Shown here piece by piece: positions 38,197-48,142 of a stretch of 61,539 nucleotides of DNA (positions within the stretch are counted from its first letter, which is position 1; every line of letters begins with the position of its first letter). A model generated the notes under the pieces. That model ran no database searches, was not told where the DNA came from, and saw nothing but the letters and a program-made list of their open reading frames with translations. Source of the DNA: an uncultured Gammaproteobacteria bacterium (GTDB taxonomy: Bacteria > Pseudomonadota > Gammaproteobacteria > Tethybacterales > Tethybacteraceae). The stretch is taken from positions 1-61,539 of the forward strand of contig CAZDYI010000040.1 in NCBI GenBank assembly GCA_964509765.1, given 5' to 3'. Both the position numbers and the translations under genes were made by a program.

Positions 38197-38867
38197 TGCG
38201 CGGCGGGCTTCCGTACTGGCTGCTCGCGGCGCTGTTCTGCGCGGCGCTCGCTGCGGCGCTCGTAAGCGAGCGCAGCATGCCGTCGCCGGCCGAGCAGCCG
38301 GAGGAAGGGGACCTGCCCGAAGGGATCGACGAGGCGCGGGAGCTTGCCTCGGGAGGGGAGTTCATCTCCGCCCGCGACGTCCTCCACGGGGTGATCGACG
38401 ACAACCCCGACCTCGCGGTCGCCCACTTCATCCTCGCGGAGATCGCGATGCAGGTCGGCGACCTGCGGGACGCGGAAAGGCGCGCGAGGGTCGCCTCGGC
38501 GCTCGAGCCGGATGAGGCGCAGTACCGGCTCTTCCTCAGCTCGCTGTACTCCCATGTCGGCTGGAGCGGCAGGGCCGAGGCCGAGCTCAACGGCCTGCTG
38601 GACATGGAGCCCGGCAACCTGGAGGGGCTGCTGCAGCGCTCGCACCTGCACTTCGTCTCCGGCCGCCACGACAAGGCGCTCGAGGACCTCGACTTCGCGG
38701 TCGAGGCGACGGAGCGGAGCCCAGACGCGCTGTTCTCCCGCGCGCAGCTCAAGATGTTCACCAAGGACTTCGAGGGCGCGAGCGCCGACATTGCCGAGCT
38801 CGAGGAGAGCGAAGACGAGGCCGTCGCCGAGGAGGCGCGGGCGTTCAGGGAGCGGTACGGCCTTTAG
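38196..38867 (+). CDS. Membrane-anchored tetratricopeptide repeat protein
   Basis: N-terminal hydrophobic helix followed by TPR-like units ending in NP/EP turns. Confidence 0.8.
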   Translation: MRGGLPYWLLAALFCAALAAALVSERSMPSPAEQPEEGDLPEGIDEARELASGGEFISARDVLHGVIDDNPDLAVAHFILAEIAMQVGDLRDAERRARVASALEPDEAQYRLFLSSLYSHVGWSGRAEAELNGLLDMEPGNLEGLLQRSHLHFVSGRHDKALEDLDFAVEATERSPDALFSRAQLKMFTKDFEGASADIAELEESEDEAVAEEARAFRERYGL

Positions 38868-38904
38868 GGCCGCTTTGCTAGAATCCTCCGCTTGTAACGG
38901 ACAG

Positions 38905-38981
38905 GCGCCCGTAGCTCAGTTGGATAGAGTATCAGGCTACGAACCTGGGGGTCGCAAGTTCGAATCTTGCCGGGCGCGCCA
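38905..38981 (+). tRNA. tRNA-Arg(ACG)
   Basis: GCGCCCG acceptor stem, D-loop AGTTGGATA, anticodon loop CTACGAA, GTTCGAATC and encoded CCA; TAGAAT -10 upstream. Confidence 0.98.
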
Positions 38982-39004
38982 GCACACCTGGGGGCAGTAA
39001 GTAA

Positions 39005-39553
39005 GTGGACAGCGCAGCCGTTAGGGAACGCATGCAGAAGTCGGTGCAGTCCCTCAAGGACGAGTTGCTCAAGATCAGGACCGGGCGGGCCCACCCGGGG
39101 CTGCTCGACCACGTCAAGGCGAGCTGCTACGGCCAGGAGATGCCGCTCAACCAGCTCGCGACGGTCGCCGTCGCCGGCAACAGGCTGCTGACCGTCTCCC
39201 CCTGGGACGCAGGCAACCTCGCTGCGATCGAGAAGGCCGTCCGCGACGCCGACCTCGGGGTCAACCCCTCCAACGACGGCGAGAAGGTGCTCGTGACGCT
39301 GCCGGAGCTCAGCGAGGACCGCCGCAAGGAGCTCGTGAAGCTCGTCGGGCGCGAGGCCGAGAGCGCCAAGGTCGCGGTGCGCAACATCCGCCGCGACGAG
39401 CTCGGCTCGCTCAAGGAGGCCGTCAAGAGCAAGGACATCAGCGAGAACGAGCAGCGCCGCGACGAGAAGGAGCTCCAGAAGGTCACCGACGAGAGCGTCC
39501 GGGAGATCGACGACTGTGCGAAGGCGAAGTCCGAAGAGTTGATGAAGGTCTGA
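39005..39553 (+). CDS. frr: Ribosome recycling factor
   Basis: IRTGRAHPGLLD, PELSEDRRKELVK and AKVAVRNIRRD. Confidence 0.97.
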   Translation: MDSAAVRERMQKSVQSLKDELLKIRTGRAHPGLLDHVKASCYGQEMPLNQLATVAVAGNRLLTVSPWDAGNLAAIEKAVRDADLGVNPSNDGEKVLVTLPELSEDRRKELVKLVGREAESAKVAVRNIRRDELGSLKEAVKSKDISENEQRRDEKELQKVTDESVREIDDCAKAKSEELMKV

Positions 39554-39567
39554 ACCGGCCGCGGCCC

Positions 39568-40293
39568 ATGGACCAACCCGCGAGGCCCCGCCACGTTGCG
39601 GTCATCATGGACGGGAACGGGCGCTGGGCCCATTCCCGCGGGCTCGACAGGACCGAGGGGCACCGCAAGGGCCTCGAGGCCGCCCGCGAGACGGTGGTCG
39701 CCTGCCGCGAGGCCGGCATCCCGTTCCTGACCCTGTTCGCGTTCTCGACCGAGAACTGGCGCCGGCCCGACGGCGAGGTAGCCGAGCTCCTATCGCTGCT
39801 CGACGAGGGGCTGCGCAAGCACTTCGACGACTTCATGGCCGAGGGGGTGCGGATCAGCTTCTTCGGCGACCTGAGCCCGTTCCCGCGCACGCTGCGCCTC
39901 GCGATGGACCGGCTCGAGAAGCACACCCGCGGCCAGGGACGGATCAGCCTGCAGGTCGCGCTCAACTACTCCGGGCGCTGGGACATCGCCGAGGCGGTGC
40001 GCAGGCTCGCCGACACCGGCTGCGACATGTCCGACATCGGCGAGGACGACCTAGCGGACAGGCTCGCAACCGCGGGTCTGCCCGACCCCGACCTCGTCAT
40101 CCGCACCTCGGGCGAGCAGCGCCTGTCGAACTTCATGCTCTGGCAGGCCGCCTACACCGAGCTGTACTTCACCGACGTCCTCTGGCCCGACTTCGGCCGC
40201 GAGGACCTCGAGGGCGCCCTTGCGGCCTATGCCGGGCGCGAGCGGCGCTTCGGCGGCGTGGACGGGGCCGTCGCCGCGGAGGCGGGCACGTGA
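39568..40293 (+). CDS. uppS: Undecaprenyl diphosphate synthase
   Basis: HVAVIMDGNGRWA, FSTENWRRP and IRTSGEQRLSNFMLWQ. Confidence 0.98.
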   Translation: MDQPARPRHVAVIMDGNGRWAHSRGLDRTEGHRKGLEAARETVVACREAGIPFLTLFAFSTENWRRPDGEVAELLSLLDEGLRKHFDDFMAEGVRISFFGDLSPFPRTLRLAMDRLEKHTRGQGRISLQVALNYSGRWDIAEAVRRLADTGCDMSDIGEDDLADRLATAGLPDPDLVIRTSGEQRLSNFMLWQAAYTELYFTDVLWPDFGREDLEGALAAYAGRERRFGGVDGAVAAEAGT

Positions 40294-41099
40294 GCTCCGC
40301 GGCCATGCGCGTGGGGCGCGTCCCGTTCGGGATCGCCGCTGCGGTCGCAACGGGGCTGGTCCTGTACTACGGCAACCACCTGCTGGTGAGCGCCGTCGCG
40401 CTCGCGGCGGCGATGGCCGCGGCCTGGGAGCTCGGCGCCCTGGCCGGGAGGACCCGTTCCCAGCGCGCGGCCTACGCCGCGGCGGTGGCCGCAGGCTGCC
40501 TGCTGAGCAAGTGGATCCTGTCGGGCAGCCGCGAGTCGGTCAACGAGTTCCTGCTCCTTTCGGTGCTGCTGTGGACGCTGGCCGCGCCGATCTGGCTCGC
40601 GTGGGGGTCGCAGCCGCCGCGGCACGTCGTCGCCGCGCTCGGGGGCTTCATCATCGTCAGCGCCTGGCTGAGCGTAGCGGTGCTGGCCGAGTACGACCGC
40701 TGGACCCTGATCGCCGGGATCGCCGCGGTGGTGCTCGCCGACAGCTCTGCGTGGGCAGTCGGCAGGACCCTCGGCCGCCTGCCGCTCGCGCCGCGGCTCT
40801 CGCCGAACAAGACCTGGGAGGGAGTGCTCGGCGCGCTGCTCGCGCTGTACGTCCTCGCGTCGGCCCTGTGGTGGGTGCACCTGTCCGACAGCTACCCGCA
40901 CTGGCTGATGCTGCTCGTCGCGGCCGCGACCTGCGGGCTTGCCGTGCTCGGCGACCTCGTCGAGTCCATGCTCAAGCGCCAGGCCGACGTCAAGGACAGC
41001 GGCGTGCTCATGGGCAGCCACGGCGGGATGCTCGACCGGATCGACTCCTGGCTTCCGGTCCTGCCGTTCATGGCGCTCCTATCCACCCTTACGACATGA
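40290..41099 (+). CDS. cdsA: Phosphatidate cytidylyltransferase
   Basis: SPNKTWEG and GDLVESMLKRQADVKDSG..HGGMLDRIDS. Confidence 0.96.
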   Translation: MSSAAMRVGRVPFGIAAAVATGLVLYYGNHLLVSAVALAAAMAAAWELGALAGRTRSQRAAYAAAVAAGCLLSKWILSGSRESVNEFLLLSVLLWTLAAPIWLAWGSQPPRHVVAALGGFIIVSAWLSVAVLAEYDRWTLIAGIAAVVLADSSAWAVGRTLGRLPLAPRLSPNKTWEGVLGALLALYVLASALWWVHLSDSYPHWLMLLVAAATCGLAVLGDLVESMLKRQADVKDSGVLMGSHGGMLDRIDSWLPVLPFMALLSTLTT

Positions 41100-42277
41100 G
41101 CGCCGCGGCGGCCAGGGGCATGTGCCTTTCCGTCCTCGGCGCGACCGGCAGCGTCGGCACGGCCGCGCTTGCGGTCGCGGAGGAGGCCGGCTGCGAGGTC
41201 GTCGCGCTCGCCGCAAACAGCGACGTCGACGGGATGCTCGCGCTGTGCGTGAGGCACGAGCCGCTCATTGCGGCGATGCGCGACGAGACGGCGGGCAGGG
41301 CGCTTGCGGACAGGACGATAGCCGAGGGCCTCGGCTGCGAGGTAGCGTGGGGCGAGGTGGGCGTCGAGCGCGCGGCGGCCTGCGACGCGGACGCGGTCGT
41401 CGCCGCGGTCAGCGGCGTCGCGGGGGTCGGCCCGACCATGGCGGCCGTGCGCGCCGGGAGGCGGATCCTGCTTGCGAACAAGGAGGCCCTGGTCACCGCC
41501 GGCAGGCACATGATCGACGCCGCGAGGGAGCACGGCTCCGAGCTGGTCCCGGTCGACAGCGAGCACGGCGCGCTGCTCGAGCTGCTCCACCTCGCTCGCG
41601 GCAGGGACGTCGCCGTCGACCGGGTGTGGCTCACCGCGAGCGGCGGGCCGTTCCACGACCGCGACGTCGACCTCGCGGAGGTCTCCCCGGGGATGGCCGC
41701 GGCCCATCCGGTGTGGGACATGGGGACCAAGATCTCGGTGGACTCCGCGACGCTGATGAACAAGGGCCTCGAGGTGATCGAGGCGAGCCTGCTGTTCGGC
41801 TTCGCCCCCGATGCGATCCGGGTCGCGGTCCACCCGCAGGGTATCGTCCACGCGATCGTGGACCTCGCCGACGGCGGCAGCGTCGCGCACTGCGCGGCCC
41901 CGGACATGCGCCGCGCGGTCGCCCGGGCGCTTGCCTGGCCCGACGCGCACGGGATCGGCTTCGAGCCGCTCGACTGGGCTTCGGTCGGTACGCTCGAGTT
42001 CAAGGAGCCCGACACGCGCCGCTTCCCGTGCCTCAGGCTCGCCCACCAGGCGCTGCTCGCCGGCGGAAGCGCCCCTGCGGTCCTCAACGCCGCCAACGAG
42101 GCCGCGGTCAGCGCGTTCTGCGACAGCTGCAGGATCGCCTTCACCGACATCCCCGCGGTCGTCGAGGGCACCCTGTCCGAGGTCGAGGGCGACGACTCGA
42201 GCATCGACGGACTCGTCGCGGCCGACCGCGCGGCGCGCGAGCACGCCGACGCGATGATCGCGAGGATGGCGCGGTGA
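41096..42277 (+). CDS. dxr: 1-deoxy-D-xylulose-5-phosphate reductoisomerase
   Basis: LGATGSVG, LANKEALV, PVDSEH, TASGGPF and KISVDSATLMNKGLE. Confidence 0.97.
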   Translation: MSAAAARGMCLSVLGATGSVGTAALAVAEEAGCEVVALAANSDVDGMLALCVRHEPLIAAMRDETAGRALADRTIAEGLGCEVAWGEVGVERAAACDADAVVAAVSGVAGVGPTMAAVRAGRRILLANKEALVTAGRHMIDAAREHGSELVPVDSEHGALLELLHLARGRDVAVDRVWLTASGGPFHDRDVDLAEVSPGMAAAHPVWDMGTKISVDSATLMNKGLEVIEASLLFGFAPDAIRVAVHPQGIVHAIVDLADGGSVAHCAAPDMRRAVARALAWPDAHGIGFEPLDWASVGTLEFKEPDTRRFPCLRLAHQALLAGGSAPAVLNAANEAAVSAFCDSCRIAFTDIPAVVEGTLSEVEGDDSSIDGLVAADRAAREHADAMIARMAR

Positions 42278-43749
42278 CCGCGCTGCTCGCGTTCATCCTG
42301 ACGATCGTCATCGTCGTAGGGGTCCACGAGTACGGGCACTACGCCGCGGCCCGCCGCTGCGGGGTGAGGGTGCTGAAGTTCTCGATCGGCTTCGGCAGGC
42401 CGATCCTCAGGCACGTCGGACGCGACGGGACCGTCTGGCAGATCGGGTGGATCCCGCTCGGCGGATTCGTGCAGATGCTCAACAACGAGCAGATGGCGAG
42501 GGACCTCGGAATGCGCACGGAGGGCGAGCCGGCGCCGGCGGAGCCTGGGCCCGAGGCCGAGCAGGCGCCGGAGCCCGGCCCCGACGGCGCGGAGGAGGGC
42601 GACGGGCAGCGGGAAGGCCCCGGCGAGTTCTCCGGCATGACCTTCAGGGTCGAGGAGACGCTCGACGGAGTCTCCTACGGCAAGCGCGCGTTCGTGATCT
42701 TCGCCGGCCCGCTTGCGAACTTCGTCCTCGCCGCCGCGCTGTTCTTCGTGATCGCGCTCGTCGGCGAGTCGGGGATCAGGGCGCGGATCGGATCTGTCGT
42801 CCCGGGCAGCGAGGCGGAGCTGTCGGGCTTCGTAGCGGGCGAGGACATCGTCGCGGTCGACGGCAAGCAGGCCCTGCTTTGGTCGACGGTCCACGAGGAG
42901 CTGTTCACCGCCATCGGCGACCGCGACGTGACGGTCGCGACCGCGACGAGCACGGGAGTCGAGCGCGAGCGGTCCCTTCCGACCGGGGCCATGCCGGTGT
43001 CGGTCCTCGACGGCGGCGGGGGCGTGCTGCGCGGAGTCGGATTCGTCCCCGACTCCTCGTACATCACCCTCGAGCTCGAGCGGGTGACCGCGGGCAGCCC
43101 GGCGGACGCGGCGGGGCTCCGGGCCGGCGACTTCATCCTCGCCGCGGACGGCGACGTCGTCTACAGCTGGGAGGAGCTCGTCGGAGTGATCCGCCCCGCG
43201 CACGGGCGCGAGATCGAGCTTCTGTACGTCCGCGACGGAGAGGAGGGAGTCGCCTACGTCGTTCCCGACCGCATCGAGGAGGGCGGGGCGGTGTTCGGCA
43301 GGATCGGCGTGGTCCCGCTCGTCGACCGGCAGCTCCTCGGGGAGCTCCAGGCGACCGAGCGGCTCGGGCCGGTCGACGCCGCGCTCGCCGCGGTCGGAAG
43401 GACCTGGGCGGCCGTGGCGACCACGACGCGGATGCTCGGCCACCTCGTCTCGCGCGAGCTGTCGACCGACCACCTGTCGGGGCCGGTCGGGATCGCCGGC
43501 TTCGCTTCGGCCGCCGCGGCGCTCGGCGCGGTCACATTCATGAAGTTCATCGCCCACATCTCGATCAGCCTCGGGGTGATCAACCTAGCGCCGATACCGA
43601 TCCTCGACGGCGGGCACCTGCTCCGCTACCTGGTCGAGGTGATCATCAGGCGCCCGCTGCCGGATAGAATCCTCCGCGTCGCGGCTGCGTTCGGCGTCGC
43701 AGTCCTCATTGCCTTGATGGCGTTCGCGATCTACAACGACATCACATGA
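42274..43749 (+). CDS. rseP: RIP metalloprotease RseP
   Basis: HEYGH, FSIGFG, AGPLANF, two PDZ domains and NLAPIPILDGGH. Confidence 0.96.
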   Translation: MTALLAFILTIVIVVGVHEYGHYAAARRCGVRVLKFSIGFGRPILRHVGRDGTVWQIGWIPLGGFVQMLNNEQMARDLGMRTEGEPAPAEPGPEAEQAPEPGPDGAEEGDGQREGPGEFSGMTFRVEETLDGVSYGKRAFVIFAGPLANFVLAAALFFVIALVGESGIRARIGSVVPGSEAELSGFVAGEDIVAVDGKQALLWSTVHEELFTAIGDRDVTVATATSTGVERERSLPTGAMPVSVLDGGGGVLRGVGFVPDSSYITLELERVTAGSPADAAGLRAGDFILAADGDVVYSWEELVGVIRPAHGREIELLYVRDGEEGVAYVVPDRIEEGGAVFGRIGVVPLVDRQLLGELQATERLGPVDAALAAVGRTWAAVATTTRMLGHLVSRELSTDHLSGPVGIAGFASAAAALGAVTFMKFIAHISISLGVINLAPIPILDGGHLLRYLVEVIIRRPLPDRILRVAAAFGVAVLIALMAFAIYNDIT

Positions 43750-46064
43750 GGCTCCGCTCCGCGGCCAGGGCCGCAGTTGCCTTTCTGGCCTCGGTTGCAC
43801 TTGCTGCCGGCCCGCTTCCCGCGATCGCCCAGGAGGGCGACTTCGCGGTCTCGCGGATCAGGCTCGAGGGCCTCGTGAACGTCGAGGACTCGACCGTGCT
43901 CGCCTTCGTCGGCTTCGAGCGCGGCGACACGGTCGACGACGAGGTGCTCGCCTCGACGGTCTCGCGGCTGTTCGAGACCGGCCTGTTCCGCGACATCGAG
44001 ATCCTCCGCGACGGCGACGAGGTCGTGATCAGCCTCGTCGAGAACCCGACCATCAGCTCGATCCGCTTCGACGGGATGTTCAACCTCGACGACGAGCGGG
44101 TCCTCGAGCTGCTCGACAGCCAGGACATCGCCCCGGGGCGGATCTTCAGGCGCGGGAACTCCGAGTACATCGAGCGGGTGATACTCGACTTCTACCGCCA
44201 GAACAGCCGGTTCCTCGCGTCCGTCGAGGTGATCACGGCGCCGGAGCCCGGCAACCAGGTCGGACTGGTCGTCGCGGTGTCCGAGGGCCCGCCGGCGGTG
44301 GTCACGGAGATCAACTTCCACGGCAACGAGGTGTTCTCGGACTCAGAGCTCAAGGACGCCTTCGAGATCAAGGAGACCGGGCTGATCAACTCGCTGTTCG
44401 ACAACGACGTGTTCACCCGCGAGGGCTTCGACGGCGACCTCGACCGGCTGCTGCGCCTGTACCTCAACGACGGCCACGTCCGCTTCGTCATCCTCAGCTC
44501 GGACGTGCGCGTCGACCCGGACGCGGGCGGCATCGTCATCGACATCTTCGTCTCCGAGGGCGCGCAGTACCGCTTCTCGGAGCCCGTGATCGACCTCGGC
44601 GACGCGGACATCACCATGGAGCAGGCGCGCGCCGCCGCGACATACGCCGCCGGCGAGCCGTTCTCGGACCGCGACGTCAACGGCTACCGGGACGCGCTGC
44701 GCAGGCTGATGCGCCAGGAGGGCCACGCCTTCGCGCAGGTCGATGCCGAGACCGTGATCAACGACGACACCCTCGAGGTCGAGGTCGACTACACGCTCAT
44801 CCCCGACGAGGTCGCAGAGGTCAACAGGATCAGGTTCGTCGGAAACAACCTGACCCGCGACATCGTCCTGAGGCGCCAGATGGAGCTCGTCGAGGGCGAG
44901 ACCTACGCGCTCGACAAGCTCGAGTACTCGCTCACCCGCCTGCGCCGCAGCGGCTACCTGCGCGAGGCGCGCGCGACCGAGCGCCGGGTCGGCGACGACA
45001 AGGTCGACGTCGACGTCGAGGTCCAGGAGGAGGGCTCGGGCAACTTCGTGATCGGCGCCGGATACTCGAGCAGCTCGGGGCTGTCGTTCAAGGTCGACTT
45101 CTCGCGCAACAACATCTTCGGCAGCGGCAACGACCTGCACCTGTCGCTCGGCTTCGAGGACGACGACCGCGAGCTCCTGTTCCGCCTCGAGGAGCCCGGC
45201 ATAACCGACTCGGGGATCAAGCGCGACTTCTCGCTGTTCTACAACTCCGAGCTCGCCGAGGGCAGCGGCGTGCCCGAGGACATCGACAACTACGGCACGG
45301 CGCTGACCTACACGGTCCCGATCGACCGCGAGTGGTCGTGGGACTTCGGCGGGGTGGTCGAGCTCAGCAGGATCGAGAACTCGGCCGGCCTGATCAACGC
45401 TCCGTCGGAGCCCTTCGACGACATGTCGCGGGAGTTCATCGAGCAGGTCGGGCCGCGCCAGCAGGCGATAAGGCTCGTCGCCGGCCTCGGCTACGACTCG
45501 CGCGACCGCGCCTTCGACACCACCGAGGGCGGGCGGTTCTCGGTGCGGACCGAGACCACCGTGCCGCCGTCGGACATCAAGTACTTCGTGACCAGCCTCA
45601 ACTCGGAGTACTTCCGCCCGCTCGACGAGCAGCGGCGCAACGTCCTCTACATGCGGCTGCAGGGCCGCTACGGCGACGACTACGGCGACGGGATCTTCCC
45701 GTACTACAAGCGCTTCCACATCTCGAGCGGCAACCTGCGCGGCTTCGACGCCGACAAGATAGGGCCGCAGGGCAACAACGTCTCGATCGGCGGGCAGATG
45801 ACGATGAACGCAAACGTCGAGGTCGAGCGCAAGGTGCGCCTGTTCGGGACCGAGGGCGTCCGGCTCGGGGCCTTCCTCGACACCGCCGGGCTCTGGCACG
45901 ACTTCGAGCACTTCAGCGACGAGACGGGCGACTTCCGCAGCTCCGCCGGTGTGTTGGTTAAAATCCGCACGCCGGTCTTCCCCATCGCCATCTCCTATGC
46001 CGTGCCCCTCCGCAAGCAGGACGGCGACGAGCTTGAGCAGTTCCAGTTCCGCATCGGCTTCTAG
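43746..46064 (+). CDS. bamA: Outer membrane protein assembly factor BamA
   Basis: POTRA repeats, LRGF motif and C-terminal FQFRIGF. Confidence 0.96.
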   Translation: MRLRSAARAAVAFLASVALAAGPLPAIAQEGDFAVSRIRLEGLVNVEDSTVLAFVGFERGDTVDDEVLASTVSRLFETGLFRDIEILRDGDEVVISLVENPTISSIRFDGMFNLDDERVLELLDSQDIAPGRIFRRGNSEYIERVILDFYRQNSRFLASVEVITAPEPGNQVGLVVAVSEGPPAVVTEINFHGNEVFSDSELKDAFEIKETGLINSLFDNDVFTREGFDGDLDRLLRLYLNDGHVRFVILSSDVRVDPDAGGIVIDIFVSEGAQYRFSEPVIDLGDADITMEQARAAATYAAGEPFSDRDVNGYRDALRRLMRQEGHAFAQVDAETVINDDTLEVEVDYTLIPDEVAEVNRIRFVGNNLTRDIVLRRQMELVEGETYALDKLEYSLTRLRRSGYLREARATERRVGDDKVDVDVEVQEEGSGNFVIGAGYSSSSGLSFKVDFSRNNIFGSGNDLHLSLGFEDDDRELLFRLEEPGITDSGIKRDFSLFYNSELAEGSGVPEDIDNYGTALTYTVPIDREWSWDFGGVVELSRIENSAGLINAPSEPFDDMSREFIEQVGPRQQAIRLVAGLGYDSRDRAFDTTEGGRFSVRTETTVPPSDIKYFVTSLNSEYFRPLDEQRRNVLYMRLQGRYGDDYGDGIFPYYKRFHISSGNLRGFDADKIGPQGNNVSIGGQMTMNANVEVERKVRLFGTEGVRLGAFLDTAGLWHDFEHFSDETGDFRSSAGVLVKIRTPVFPIAISYAVPLRKQDGDELEQFQFRIGF

Positions 46065-46068
46065 AACC

Positions 46069-46707
46069 TTGGCCCAGCACTTTTTCCCCGCGCCGCCACG
46101 GGCCCTGCTGCTGGCCCTTGCGCTTTCCCTTTCCGCGCCCGCGTTCGCGCAGGACGGCGGCGACGGGGAGGGCGACGGCGGCGAGGAGGCCGCGGAGCGG
46201 CCGGCCAACCCGGCGATCGAGAGCGGGGTGTCGTTCGTCAACATCAACAGGATCTTCAAGGAGTCGGCCTACATCCAGGGCGAGCTCGACGCGGTCAACG
46301 CCGAGTTCAGCGACCGCGAGGAGGAGCTGCGGGCGATGAACGACGAGCTGATCGAGGCCCGCGACGAGCACAGCCGCAACCGCCTGACGATGACCGCCGA
46401 GAGCATCAGCGCCGAGAACGAGCGGCTCAACGCGATGGAGCTCGAGATCAACCGCGAGGGCCGCAACCTCACCGAGGACAAGCGCCTGCGCTTCGACAGC
46501 GCCCAGCGCGACCTCGAGCGCCTGGTCCTCGAGACCATCCAGGAGGTCTCGGCCGGCCGGGAGAACTTCATCGTCTTCGACCTGTCGACCATCCTGTTCG
46601 CCGACAAGCGCCTCGAGATAACCGACGAGGTGATCGTGCGCCTCGACGAGGCCGCGGCGGCGATGGCGTCGGACTCCGGGTCGGACTCCGAATCGGAGCA
46701 GCAGTAG
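46069..46707 (+). CDS. skp: OmpH/Skp periplasmic chaperone
   Basis: Signal peptide, FVNINRIF, coiled coil and EITDEVI; between bamA and lpxD; TTG start inferred. Confidence 0.88.
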   Translation: MAQHFFPAPPRALLLALALSLSAPAFAQDGGDGEGDGGEEAAERPANPAIESGVSFVNINRIFKESAYIQGELDAVNAEFSDREEELRAMNDELIEARDEHSRNRLTMTAESISAENERLNAMELEINREGRNLTEDKRLRFDSAQRDLERLVLETIQEVSAGRENFIVFDLSTILFADKRLEITDEVIVRLDEAAAAMASDSGSDSESEQQ

Positions 46708-46731
46708 GCGCCGGGAGTCCGGCTCGCGGCG

Positions 46732-47703
46732 TTGGCTGGAATCAGGTTGCCGGCGACGGTTGGCGAGCTGGTCCGCCGGCACGGCGGGACCGCCGAGGGC
46801 GACGGCCTTGACGGGCTGGTCATAAGCGGCGTCGCGACGCTCGCCGACGCGGGGCCCGGCGACATCTCGTTCTACTCCGACTCCGGCTACCGCGAGCAGC
46901 TCGAGGGGACCGCCGCCGGCGTCGTCGCGCTGCGCCGCGAGGACTCGAGCCTGCGCGACAGGCCCCGCATCGTCGTCGACGGGAGCCCGCGCGACTACGT
47001 CGCGGGGATAGTCGACGAGTGCTGCGAGGGCAGGTCCTGGCCGCGCGGCGCGGCGAAGGGGGCGCTGGTCGACGGCAACGCGAAGGTGGCAAAGACCGCG
47101 CACGTCGGACCCGGGGCGGTGGTCGCCGCGGGCGCCCGCGTCGGCCCGCGCACCGCGGTGCTCGCGCGGGCGGTGGTGACCGAGGGCTGCTCGGTCGGCG
47201 CGGACTGCATCCTCCACGAGGGCTGCGTGGTCGGCTCGGAGGGCTTCGGCTTCTACGGCAGCGGCAGCGGGAGGAGGCGCTTCAAGCACCAGGGCTCGGT
47301 TCGCGTCGGCGACCGGGTCGAGATCGGCGCGAACAGCTGCATCGACCGCGGCGTGCTCGGCGACACGGTGATCGGCTCGGGGACCAAGATCGACAACCTC
47401 GTCCAGGTCGGCCACAACGTGCGGCTGGGCGAGGACTGCGTGGTCTGCGGCGCGACCGCGATCGGCGGCAGCGCCGTGATCGGCGACCGCTGCGTCGTCG
47501 GCGGAGGCTCGAGGATACGCGACCACGCCAGGATCGCGAGCGACGTCTCGCTGATGGGCGGAACCAACGTCGTCTCGGACATCGAGGAGCCCGGCGGCGT
47601 CTACGGCAGCGTCGTCCCGCACATGCCGCGCAGGTCGCTGCTGATGATGTGGCGCCGCATGCTCAGGGCCGGCTCGGCCGGCGGGAGGGGCGGGGATGGC
47701 TGA
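46732..47703 (+). CDS. lpxD: UDP-3-O-acylglucosamine N-acyltransferase
   Basis: Hexapeptide repeats, GSEGFGF, EIGANSCIDRG and KIDNLVQVGHN. Confidence 0.95.
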   Translation: MAGIRLPATVGELVRRHGGTAEGDGLDGLVISGVATLADAGPGDISFYSDSGYREQLEGTAAGVVALRREDSSLRDRPRIVVDGSPRDYVAGIVDECCEGRSWPRGAAKGALVDGNAKVAKTAHVGPGAVVAAGARVGPRTAVLARAVVTEGCSVGADCILHEGCVVGSEGFGFYGSGSGRRRFKHQGSVRVGDRVEIGANSCIDRGVLGDTVIGSGTKIDNLVQVGHNVRLGEDCVVCGATAIGGSAVIGDRCVVGGGSRIRDHARIASDVSLMGGTNVVSDIEEPGGVYGSVVPHMPRRSLLMMWRRMLRAGSAGGRGGDG

Positions 47704-48142
47704 CGTGCCGATCGGCGCGGACGGGATCGAGCGCCTGCTTCCGCACCGCTACCCGCTGCTGCTCGTCGACCGCGTGCTCGAGTGGAAGAGCTTCGAGAGC
47801 ATCAGGGCGGTCAAGAACGTCACCGCAAACGAGCCCCACTTCCAGGGCCACTTCCCCGGCCACCCGATCATGCCGGGGGTGCTGGTGGTCGAGGCCATGG
47901 CCCAGGCGTGCGGGATACTGGTCGTCCTGAGCCTCGGCGGCGAGGAGGCCGCGGGCAGCAGGATGTACCTCGCGGGGATCACCAAGGCGCGCTTCAAGCG
48001 CCCGGTCGTGCCCGGCGACGCGCTCGAGCTCGACGTGAAAATGGGGCGGCGCCTGCGGAACATGTCGCGGGTCGAGGGCCGGGCGACCGTCGGAGGGGAT
48101 CTCGCCTGCAGCGCAGAGCTGCTGGTCGCGCTGGACGGATAG
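47696..48142 (+). CDS. fabZ: 3-hydroxyacyl-ACP dehydratase
   Basis: LPHRYPLLLVDR and FQGHFPGHPIMPGVLVVEAMAQ. Confidence 0.98.
   Translation: MADVPIGADGIERLLPHRYPLLLVDRVLEWKSFESIRAVKNVTANEPHFQGHFPGHPIMPGVLVVEAMAQACGILVVLSLGGEEAAGSRMYLAGITKARFKRPVVPGDALELDVKMGRRLRNMSRVEGRATVGGDLACSAELLVALDG

Noticed and set aside
38905-38981. tRNA-Arg as a prophage or island attachment site
   Set aside because: No integrase or duplicated tRNA 3' end; flanks are core genes.
36286-43749. Apparent N-terminal fusions in the ORF track (36286-38196, 37050-38867, 40220-42277, 40939-43749; also 57021-59480)
   Set aside because: Extensions are off-frame read-through of the upstream gene; real starts sit at ATGA/GTGA overlaps or just after the upstream stop.
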